From: Lama glama
Lineage: Eukaryota
Assembly (NCBI GenBank): GCA_028534125.1
Contig: CM052817.1
Location: forward strand, 248,001 to 312,000
Reading direction: 5' to 3'
DNA: 64,000 bases
Shown here: one piece after another, positions 1-11,500 of the stretch
How positions within the stretch are numbered: the stretch's first letter is position 1
Layout: every line of letters starts with the position of its first letter
Notes under the pieces: generated by a model
The model's input: the letters and a program-made list of their open reading frames with translations, nothing else
Told to the model about the DNA's origin: nothing
Databases searched by the model: none
Made by a program: the position numbers and the translations under genes

Positions 1-79
1 GGGCAGAGAAAGCAGGGTGTGGATTTTCGACTGTGTGGGGGTCAGCACCCCTGACCCCACGTTGTTCAAGAGTCAACTG
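1..79. mobile_element. End of a Tigger2-like (TcMar) DNA transposon
   Basis: ...cccacgttgttcaagagtcaactg followed by TA resembles the recalled Tigger2 terminal inverted repeat. Confidence 0.55.
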
Positions 80-99
80 TAAGGTCAGTATAAGCGACG

Positions 100-320
100 G
101 CCACTCACGTGCAAAGAGCTCTCACAAATTAATAGGAAAAAGATGAACTTCCTATGGAAAAAAATGACTAAAAAACAAAAAATAGTTTTCAAAAAAACAT
201 AAAGTAACCCAAAACGTACAAAACAACAGACCATCTCATTCGTAATGAAAAAAAAAAAGCAAATCTGAAAGAACCGCGCCTATCGAATTGGCAAAATAGC
301 ATCTTTGAAGTCATCATCCC
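100..320 (+). mobile_element. Old L1 fragment
   Basis: A-rich sequence resembling the L1M ORF2 3' region (caaagagctctcacaaattaata...gcaaatctgaaa). Confidence 0.45.
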
Positions 321-541
321 GTTAACAGATGATACCCAGGCAGGAACACGTGTCACAGGCCTTGTAAACGCGACTGCCTCTGACAGTAGCTCAGAAACGT
401 GCCAACAGGACCAGATGAGGCTGCACAGAAAGCAGGGCAGACGTGGAGAGTGGGACGGGCACAGGGGCCGTGTGGAGGGCCTGGGACGACCGCGCCCCTC
501 CCTGCTCTCCTGGGGGAGGGCTGCGGTGACGCCAGTCGTAC

Positions 542-658
542 CTTCTGCAGCCGGCGCGGGTGTGGGGACCGGAGCCTCGGCCCAGGCATCCCACCCTCCC
601 AGCAGGTCCGGGTGGGGGGCAGAGGCCGTCGTCCTGCTGGGCTCTGCTGGCAGATCCC
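542..658 (-). CDS. GAK: GAK exon 23 (117 nt) DLPAEPSRTT...DLLGGWDAWAE...AAE
   Basis: cttccag acceptor, G|GTACGA donor. Confidence 0.92.
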
Positions 659-2500
659 CTGGAAGGTAGCAGCACTACATGGGTGTCCTTGGCGGGGTTG
701 GCCACGAGGCCTTCACATGCCTCCTGGGCGCCTGGGGGGGACAGGCTGGCCACAAGCCCCACCTGCTGGAGCCTCTTCTGGAGGCCAGGCCCTGAGCTCA
801 CCAGGCAGGTGGTCCCCGAGGTGTTCCTGGCCCAGTGAGGCCCCAGGCAGGTTGTGCTCACACATCTCAGGGCCTCCCTTCTCACGGGCTGAGGACGCAT
901 CACATGGTCACTGAACTGACCAAGTGGACGTAGGGGTCAGCAAACGGAGAAGCCCCAGGGCCATGCTGAGACTAGTGTCTGAGGTTCCTCATCTGAAAGG
1001 GTCTTCGGAGCGCCCCATCCCACCGTGGCGGGCCACACACACACACACACACACTCACCGCCACGCATGGGCGCCCCTAGAACCTGCCTTCACACCTCTG
1101 CTGAAATCCAGCAGAGGGTATGGAGCGTGCACTGGCTGTACCCTCTTCCTGGGGACAGGAGGACCTGGAGCCGTGCCCGGTAGGCCTAGGTGGCCGTGCT
1201 GCCCACCTCCCCGGCCCACAGCCTGGCCACCAGGCCTGAGTGTGGAGGCTGGACTTACCCAGATGCAAGAAGTCGGAGCTACAGGCAGGGGGCGGGGCGC
1301 TGTGGGTGCAGGGGAAGGATGTGGGCAGGGCAGCTGTGGAGTCCGAATTAAGAAATTCGCCAAAGAGGTCAGGCTTGGGGTGGGGCTGGGCTTCCAGGTC
1401 AGAGGCCAGCAGAAGAGGGTCAAAGGGATCAGCTGTGGAAGGCACCAAGAACCAGGTGGGCTGAGCACAGGCCTCACAAGGCAGGCCCCCAGCCCAGGGC
1501 GCCCACTCCAGGAGGGCCCTCCCGTGGCAACCGCAGCCCCGAGCAGTTGGGGCGAAGTGCTGACCCCAACCCTCAGGGGCTCCTCTGGGGGATCGCGACA
1601 GCTCATGGTCCCCGTAAGCTGCAATCACTGGGACCTCCTGGTCCACGACCCCCAGCAGCACCTACCGGCTGGGCCAGGCCCCTCGGGAGCGGTGGTCTGC
1701 GTGGTCCCTGTGCTTGGGGGAGGGGCTGAGCTGGTGAGGAGCAGAGGTGGGTCCCCGTCGAGCAGCCCACCTGGGGCGCCATCCAGAGCAGCTGCTGGGG
1801 CCCCCAGGAGGCAGCTAAGCAGGTCCGCATTGCTGGGGGGGCCCCCGCGGGCCTGCATGGGGGGCGCCGGCCCTGTCTCAGAGTGCAGCCCCAGGAGGTC
1901 CACACTGTCGTCCGGCAGGGTGGCTGGGCCGGCTGTGTCCTCGTCGGCTGTGTCCCCACTCTCGGGCGAGAGCGTGGTGGCTTCCTCATCGGATGGCTCG
2001 CTCTCACGTCCATCCTCAGTCACGACGGATGGCCCCTCCCTGGCGAGACGACCTTCCGGGCTCATCACACAGTCTTTGTCCTCTGAAAAGAAGACCACAA
2101 CAGCGTGGCTGCAACTCACAGTGAGGGGCCGACGGGGGGCCACGCAGCACACGGGCAGCAGACGCCCCCCGAACGCCCTAGCCTACCCCGCCAGTCCAGC
2201 GTGTGCAGGAAGTGGTTGGTGTCCGTGCTGCTGCTGTGCGGAGACTCTGACCCCGGGGCCTCGGCATCAGGAGGCCCCTCGGCGTCATACTGTGCGGCAG
2301 AGCCGGGCTGCCTGGGCAGCTCCGGCTTCCCTGCAGGGAGAGGGGGTGTCAGGCCGCCTGGCCCAGGCAGCAGCCAGCACGGGGCTCCAGGGCCGTGGTC
2401 CAGAGCCAAAGCGCTCCCAGACCGCCAGAAACCTGCACAGCAACCATGGAGCCCACCTGAGCATGGATCTCAGCGCTGGGCCACGTGCCCTGACGTGGAT

Positions 2501-2552
<52 letters not shown>

Positions 2553-5500
2553 TTCAGGGACACTAAGCTGCCCTCACATAAAAAAACAGACAAAAAAGCA
2601 AACCAAGAACACGAAGAGAACGCGACAGGCCAAATGAAGTCCCAGGTCCGACCCACCTACACGCTTTTCACGCTGATTTTTGGTAAACGGTCTGAAATAG
2701 GATGAGACTTCCCAGCTTGGGGGGGGGGTCACAGGAACGACCTCCGCTGTGTGGCGGCACTGCTGTGTTCAGATGGGCCCAATTGATGCCTCCCCTCCTC
2801 CAGGTCACGTTTAAAGTGGATGCAGGTCCAGAAATGAACCCTCTGAATCAGCAAGCAACTCCAACCTGACCCTCCCGGGTTATAACTGGCTCCGGCCCAC
2901 GATGACCCCCTGGCCGGGACTGCGGCCTCGCGAGAAGACTTCAAGAACAATCTGTGCCCTGTGAGAGCGCCTGCAAAACAAGGATCTTACCAAACTTGGA
3001 CAGAATGTCTTGCTGCTCCTCCCGGCTGGAAAATAGGATTTTGGGGTTCAGCCCCCGCATGTTTGCACTCTCCCAGGGGGGGGCCTCCCGGCTGGGCCTG
3101 TCTCTAGGCTCCACCTCCACCTCCAGGTTCACTTGGAACAAGTCCGGGTACTTCTCCTGAATGTCACAAGCATCTAGGTCGTACCTGCAGTGGGAGCCCA
3201 GGCACGGTTAGGAAGGACCATGGGCACTTAAGAGGTCACCCCAACACTCACCAGGGAACGAGTGTGGGAATGGGGCCATGCGCTCTGCACCTCACGCTCT
3301 GGACGTTCAAGCTGCCACCAGGCAGAGGGTCGGAGGGGCCTGCGGGGATCTGTGCGCTGCAGGGCCCGTCCACACTGGACCCCCAGCCCCTCTGTCAGGG
3401 GAGCCCTCACTCCTCACCCCTCAGGTCCTGTGGTTCAAATCAGGCTCTCTGGGAACTTAAATGCACGTTCCCATAAAAACGGTGCCATCCGCTTCAGCAA
3501 GACCTCCAGCTACTAACAGAAGCCCACAAACCACGCCCTTTGGACTCAGCCTGCCGCACGGCAAGTGCGACTCCAAGGGCAGCGTGGCCGGGGTGCTCTG
3601 TGGGTCGCAGGGCAGCCCCGGCCCTGGGGGGTGGGTCCGAAGGCTCTCCTGGGGCAACGACCTGGGGCCGGGCACAGGTGGGGAGGGACGCCCAGGTGGC
3701 CTGGCAGTGGCCACTTCGGCTGCTGTCTCACTGAACTGTCCTCATTCTGTGGCTCTGTGTCCCACTAGGGAACTCGAAGGTCTTTCACGTATTCCCTAAG
3801 GTCACCTCTGGTGACACTGTCACAAGCCCTGTAAACGAAGCCCAGCTCCTCAGCAGGGCAGTGGGATCCCTTCTGCTTATTTTAAGCCGCTTAAGTCTAC
3901 GTGCACAACTTACTGTTCTGTGTGTATAAAAACAACAAAGCAACAGAAAAAGACACACAAAAGAGGGACAACAGGCTCTGGAGGGTCTGAAGTGTCAGAG
4001 GGGCCCTGCTGTCCTCTGTGCGGCCCCCGGGGGAAGGCGGGGCTGCACCCATGGTCTGGCTGGCGGGTGAGGCCACGGCAGGCGTCCTCACGTCCCCGGA
4101 CTCACAAGGTGGGACGTGTGAGCACGTGTGATCTTAACACGTGACGTCCCACCGCAGTCACGGGCACGGCCACCTCTGCGCAAGGAGAGGAACCACGGGG
4201 TCTTGGCGAGGGCGGGTGCCCCCCTGTCCTCTTGCTCCTGGCCGGAGGCCTGCTTCTGACCAGGCCAGGCACACACAGCAAGATGCCGACACAGCAGGGG
4301 CAGCAGGTGGAAGGGCGGCAGCTAGGCTGGCAGAGGGTCCAGTGTCCAGTGAGGGCCCGGGGAGGGGCCCATCAACACGGAGTAGCGGGCGACTCCAGGC
4401 ACTGCAGGCACCAGGCAGGGGCCCGCCCACCCCCGCCCCTGCTCCCCCCACAAAGAGATGGCCCCCAGGCCAGGCCCACCCGCCCAGCTGGCAGTGAGGA
4501 AACAATGCGGTCTGTGAACAGAGGGGCAGCCCCCACCGCCCCTGAGGGGCCTGCACCTCAGAGGCTGGACAGGCCCTGAGGGGCTCCTGCTGGGACAGGA
4601 TAGCCGGTGTGCCCACTCACACCAGCTCGGAGTAGCCGCCCCGGTGGACACTGCGTCGGCCTAAGTCTCCTCTCAGACTGTCCTCCTTCAGCTGCCTGCG
4701 GAGCACCCCCTTTCCTGCGTCAGGCTTTCTTTTTAGCCATTTTATCAATTTTTGCAGGCGTGACAGGCGTGGTGAGGGACAAGCCCACGAGTGCACCTCA
4801 GCAAGCTCACACTCCAGGCACCCGTCCGTTCAGATGAAAACACGGTCTCTTTCCAGACCCCGAGAAGGGCCCCGTGTCTGGGCTGCACCCCAGAGGCAGC
4901 CACTCCTCACGCTGAGGCCCGAGTGGAAGCGACGGGCCCCAGTGTGGCAGCATGGCCGTGGCGGGGACACCACAGTGTGAAAGCTGGCTCTCGGCACCGG
5001 AGAAAAGAACCCCGAGCTCCCGTGGCTGCCCCGGCCCTCCCATCCACCCAGACTCTGCGCCAGGGGCCTTCTGCCGCTCTCATCAGGCTCGCTCTCTCCT
5101 CAGCCTGTAATTCTTCCCAGCCCTGGACACGGGCTCATGTCCACCTGATTCACGTGCTGCCAGCATCTTTCATCTGTCTGAAAACAGCTCTGACTGACCT
5201 CTGTTTCTGAAGAACCATTTCAGGGGAGACACTTCTAAGCTGGCAAAGTTCTCCTCCCGCACTTCTGGAAGACGTCACTGGGACTCCGGCTCCCCCGCCT
5301 CAGGGGAAGGCCCCCCACCCCCCCGCAGGGCACTATGAAGCGGCCTCTCTGGTTTTCAGCGATTCAACCCCGCATGCTTGGGAGGCATTTCCTTTCTTCG
5401 TTTATAAAACTCCCGTATGCTGTTCACGGAGCTTTGGGCTCTGTGCTTCGATGTCTTTCATCAGTTAAATAAAATCTTCGGTCATGCTGCTTTTGCTGTA

Positions 5501-8500
5501 TCTCTTCTCCCTGGACTCTGAATAAAAGCAGGCTGGACCTGTCCATGGCCCCCGGCACCTCCTGGGAGCCCTCCCGGGCTTGCCTCCCAGCACTGCCTTG
5601 GCTTCCAAGCCTCTGCTGCTACGCCCTGGTATCCACGCTGCTCCAGACGCCGCCTGAGTTCTGGACCCCAGATGAACCATTTCTCAGTGCTAGATTCACA
5701 GCTGCCTCCTTTTCACACATTCCAGGTCTCCAGTGGAATCCCCCTTTCCACTTCGCTGGCCACACTCATTGCTCATCAGAAGCCTGCCTCCTAACCAGTG
5801 TCCAGTTCAGCCGCGGCCCCCTGCCTAGTTTCCCTCGTGGCTGCCTGTCACCTGGGAACTGCCGAAGCTCTGGGGCCCATCTTCCCCCAGGGGAAGGAAA
5901 ACAAAGACACTGGTGAGGCGTCACACTTCTTGTCTCTGTCATATTGGTACTTAAAACAAAGTGTGACGTGCCAATGTGAAAAAAAAAAACCACTAAAAGG
6001 TAAGAGCGTGGTAACATGTAACAGAGTAACAGCACAAAGAAACATGAGACACACCCCTCAGTCTCCTGGCACCACCCTCTCCTCCTGAGCCTTCACTGCA
6101 TGCAGGCCCCAGCCTGGCGCTGCCCCTGTATAACTCCTTCCAGAACTCTGGGGGTCAGAGTTCAGCCTTCCCAGGGCCCCAGCAGTGTCAACCACGCTGC
6201 ACCTGTATGCACACCACACACCCTGACCCCTCCTGTCCCCCTCCCACGGTGTGACACCAACATACTTGGCGAATTTCACAGTAGTTGCGTTCCGGGGCAC
6301 GAACCCCGTGTGGAACTGGATCTGGAACATCTTCATGGACGCCATCTGCGGAGAGAAAGCAACAGGAGCCTGAGCTGGGGAAGGAGACCTGGCCCCTCAC
6401 TGTTCACCAGCCCTGAAGGCCCTTGACACAAGCAGCTTCTTGGGTCTGAGGAGGGGCAGCCCCAGGGCCACGGTCCAGCAGCCCGACACCGACGGCAGTT
6501 TCGTGCTGAATCCCCTGTGCCTTGGGCGGCAGGAGGCGGGGACTCAAAGGGGCAGTGGCCAAACCGGAGCGTCCACTCACCTTGGCCTGCAGTCGTCCTC
6601 CCAGGGTGGACCTCGCATGGTAGAGGACAATGAGCACGTCCCCTTGGACTGTCGTGCCCAGGGGAATGACCGCTTTGCCGTCCTCGATTTTAAAATCCCT
6701 GGAGAAAAGAGCCCAGAGAGGCGGTTTGCTCAGGTAAGAAGCTCAACCTTCTGTCCAAAAGCGGCATGCGTGGCAGGACCCCCGAGACCCCAGAGCGTCA
6801 GTTTCTCCCTGCCTGGCAGGCTCTACCGCCTGACTATGTCAGGGGTGGGCAAGAAACGACTTCCAAGGAGCCACTCAGCATGATGACCTGGAGGACAGCC
6901 CCGCAAACCCATGCAGCCGCCTGGAGGAACAGGGTCGTGGGGAGAAGGCCTGGGCCTGGGCCCACCTCATGCGGTCGTACTCCTGGGACGTGGTGGCCAC
7001 GCGCTCGTCCCCGACGTAGACCTCGCAGAAGGGCCTGCAGCCGCTCCTCTGCTTGCTGAACAGTGGCACGGGCGTCATGACCACGGCCTTCACCAGGAGG
7101 GGCTTGCTGTGGGGCGTGATGGGCTCCTCTGCCACCATGTCACACATGTACTCGATGTACCTGCGAGCGGGAGGCGTGAGCGCCACATACAGGCTCTGTG
7201 CCCGGCCCGCCCACCACGTCACACGTGTGCTCCGTGTCTCTGGAGCCTCACTGAGCACATCCAGTCTTTCTGCAAACACATTTAAGTATTTAGTGTTGCA
7301 AACTTTCCTGGAAGCAGTGTTCTAGTTTCAACTCACGAATTTGACACTGTAACTTCATTTGATTCGAAATACCTTTGTAACATATTCTTAGAGTATCTCT
7401 AGGTTTCCTTTGAGACTTCCTCTCGGACTCCTGGGCTACGGAGTCAACTGTTTTACTCTGAAACCTTCAGAGGTTTTCCAGCCACCTTTCTGTCACCGCT
7501 TTTCAGGTTAACTCTATCCAGACCTAAGAACATATTCTGTCCGATTTCTATTCTTCCGCCTCTGCTGCAGTGCAATGGCCGTAACAGGACCCTTCGGGGA
7601 GTCCCGTGTGCACTGGGAGGAGCTGTGGGCGGGCTGCTCTGCGGCTGAGCGCATCTGCAGACCTGCTCCGCTGACCAGAGGAGTGGGCCGCCGGGGCTGT
7701 CATCACCATCGTTCCCCCTCACCCCGCTGGCTCTGGGCTGTGCCACCACCCCCGTTCTCTCAGGGGTTTCCATGGCACCTCTTCGTGCCCCCGCAGGTGC
7801 CTATCTCCTGCCTCCGGGGCTCCTCCCCTCCTAAACCCCGTCTCCTTGGGACGGGTAGAGCCTGACTGGCTGTCAACAGCCACCCGTGTGCTCTCCCAGC
7901 GGCCATGCGGCAGGAAACTTGCAGTCTCCTGCCGATGGTCAGCAAGAAGCCAGGACCTACACCCACAGCAAAGCAACTCCACCAGCAGACTGAGTGAGCC
8001 TGGGAGCAAGTTCCACAACAAAGGAGGAGCAGCTTTCTGAGCCCCAGTTCAGACAAGAAGGTGACCTAGCCACACCTCGACAGCAGCCTGGGCGGTGCCG
8101 AGCCTGACCCCGACCCCGACCCCGACCCGTGGGTTGAGTCACTGGGTCTGCACACAACCTCCCATTCCTGTCATGCAGTCCTGCGGGCGGCTGGTCCTGT
8201 CTCCACCCCTACAACGACCTGCCCTGGGGCGGCGCTGAGCCCACACTGGGCAGGGAGACTGGTGTGAAGGTGACAACGTGGCTCTTCCTGACCTCCGAGC
8301 CACCTGAGCATCCTGTGCGCTCTCCTCCGCCCTCCGCTGATGTGCTAGTCACGGCATGGAGACCTTACTGCGGCCCTGGATTTCTCACCAGAACCCTGCT
8401 GTCATCTACCAGGATCCGCATCCTCTCCCCGACCACCTTTGAGATTCTCTGTGCTTTGAACATGGTGGCCTAAGCAGGTTTTCTGGGTTTACTTTGTTTT

Positions 8501-11500
8501 AATCCTGCTGAGTGACCTCTGACCTTCTGAGGTTCAAGCCTGTCTTAATTGGGGGAAATTCTCAGCGACTGTTTCCTTGGTGCTTCTTCTGTCTGGGCTC
8601 CTCCTGAGGCTCCAAGGACATGTGCCAGGCCAGCTGAGACTGTCTGATGGGTGTCTGTCCCAGTGTGAGTGTCAGCAACTAACCTATCCCAGGGTTGCAG
8701 CCCTCTCCTCACCCAAGCCTCTCATCTACTTCCCTCCCTTCTACTGCGACTGCCTCTCGCCTACCCTCCTCATCTGCATCGTAACGCACGGACCAGTGAT
8801 TCCATGTTTCCTGCCAGAGCTCTGAGCCTCATGGGAAGACTGCTCCGTCTGTTCACTGGGAGACAGACCCGCGCCCTCCCAAGCAGCCAGGCTTCCTCTC
8901 CGACTCGTACCCTGAGCACCAGAGGGCACAGACCCCGAGCCTCCGTCCCGCCTCGGATTTGGGGCCAATTGCTCTGTGACTGTTCTCCTACAGGACTGGA
9001 AGTGATTTGAATCCGACACTGGTGCCACTACTTTTGAAGTCACTGGGGAGGGAATGGCATCTACATTTCCACGTCCCCAAGGACGTGCCCGCGGGGTCTG
9101 TGGCGGGGGTTCCAGAGCCAGGCACACTCCACCCCGCCCCAGCGGCTGCTGACACAGTGGGGCCCTGGGTGTGTAGAGAAGGATCTGCAGCCTCTCCCTC
9201 ACAAACCACACAGAAGAAACAACCCTGTGGCCTGTGTCTCAGGGTGGCGGACACCAGTGAGCCAGCGGAGTAGGCCCCACGGGCAGGAGAGCATCAACGG
9301 GCAAGGCGGCCACCCCAAGTGGCAGGAACGGCCTGAACGACCCTCTGTTCCTCTGGGCCTGGATGCCTTCCGGTTCTTCCCGCAGGCCTGGGGCCGGGGA
9401 GGCAGCAGGGCCCCAGTCGCTGCGCTCCCCTGACTCTCGGGGTCTGTGTGTCCACACCAAGGCCCTTCTTGCAGAGGAAGGAAACGCCCCCCCCAGTGCC
9501 TGCGGGAGCATGTGTGCCCGAGGCACCTCCACAGGCCTGAGCCCCGGCCCCACCCTCCTGCAGGGTGGGCGGGGTAGGGGCCAGTCTCGGGGCAGGCAGA
9601 GGCTCCTGGGGAGGTAGGAGGAGAGGCAGCAGCCTGCTGCAGCCATAGGAAACCATCTCCCGGACCTCACTGCCCCGAGAAGCCGCCAAGTCACAGGCAC
9701 AGAGAGGGGAACGAGGGGCTGCCTCATGGCCTCGCGAGCAAGTGTGCACCCCGACTGCGCTCGCTGGCCCGGCTCCACCTCGACCCCACACGGTAGGTAG
9801 ACACTCTCCTCAAATTCCTTCCGCCTCCTAGGGTGGCTGAGTGACACCTCCCCAGGGCCGCAGAGCGGACACCATACCTCTTGTGGGATGGCCAGATGCC
9901 CGGGGGGCAGCGCTTCATGCTGAACATGTACACGGCAGCCTCGGCGGTGCTGAAGAGCCGGCAGAAGCACAGGAAGGAGCAGACAGCCACAGCAGAGGCA
10001 GCTCTCCCATCCTAGGACAAAGGACAGGGTAGGCTCACGTGGCTATCGCTCCCGCCACACTCAGGGCTCCCACCTGGGGCTGGAGCTCCTCTGGGAACTT
10101 AGGAAAACCCACCTGGTGAGGCCACAATCTGGGGAGCAGAGAATAAAGCCTCCTCAGCAGGAAGGAGACGATGGGATGGCCACCGACACACGGGCCAACT
10201 CCCGGGCCCCCCCCACTGAATTCCCTGGTCCTCACTCCGGGTGTGACTTGTCAACACCAGGACTGACCCCCAAGGGCACGAGCCGGCGGATGCCCCACTG
10301 GGTGTGACGCCCACAGACCCTCAGCCCCGAAGTGGGGGGTACAGACAGGGCCACGCAGGGCAGGGGGGCCTCAGCACCCGGTGCTGTCAGGAGGGGACTC
10401 GAACCTTCCACAAGGGGGCAGTCTTCTCCAAGCAGGCCCTGACACAAGGGACCCAGTGGTGTCCACTGGGCCAGCTGCTGCTCCCCTGGGGCCAGCTTCC
10501 TCAAGATGACAGGAGCCACACTGGGCGCTGGGCCTGGGCCGCTGGCTGGACCCCAGGGCAGGGCTGCTCCTCGCAGGACCTGGCTCCTAGAGCTCAGCAG
10601 GGCCTGAGATGCCGCAGCTCCGTGAGGAAATCCAGGGGCCACTGCCACGGCAGTGTCCGGGCGGGCGTGTGCACCCCACCCGGGCGGCAGCTCCTCCTGG
10701 CACTGGCGCCACCACTCAGGACACCTGGCGCCCCCCCCCGGCCCCTGCGCAGGGATGGCTCGGGCAGCCTGCTCACCATGCAGTGCACCACGCAGACGTT
10801 CCTGGGGTCCTGCCGCAGCCACGCATGCATATTTCTACACACGCTGTACAGGCTGTGGAGGTGTGGGGCCCGCCGGGCGGCCCAGCCGCACTCGGAGACC
10901 TGCAGGGAGAGGACCGGGCTCGTCGGCCAGGCGTGCCGGCCCACGGGGGCTTCCCTCCACCCAACCCGGGCCCACGGGTGCCTGCAGGTTCCGCTCAGCA
11001 CTGAGCTCTTTGTGCAACATGGCACCGGGGGTTTAGAGCCTGCCCTTCCCGCTCGGGATGAGTTTAAATACGGTGAGAAGTGCCCACATCCGAGTCTTCA
11101 GTGCTGAGAACACAGAGGGGCCCCTGTTGCCGCTGGACGGTGAGACACAGAGACAGCGCCAGCTCAGCCAGCCTTAGCTGGTTAAACCAGACCACCAGTC
11201 TCCTCTCCATTCACACTCTGGAGTCCTCCTTGACTCCCTACCACCCGCTGCCCTCGGACCCCTGTATCCTCACACACAGGAGCCGCCCTCCCACTGCAGC
11301 CCCCGGCCCCACCAGAAAGTGGCAAAGGTGGACCGAGTGCCACACCAGGCTAAGCGCCCATTGTAAGAACACCACACTCAGAGGGCAGCAGAGGCCCGGC
11401 CGCTCACCCGGCTGTGAAACTTGGAGGGCCGGTAGGTGCGCGGGGACAGGTTGTACACCGCGTAGCGGCCCGGATGCTTCGAGTCCAGGAACACCCGCAC

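Noticed and set aside
9990-10011. PTEN-like active-site loop HCMDGRAAS lacks the Cx5R arginine
   Set aside because: This is the known pseudophosphatase state of GAK/auxilin, not a species-specific lesion.
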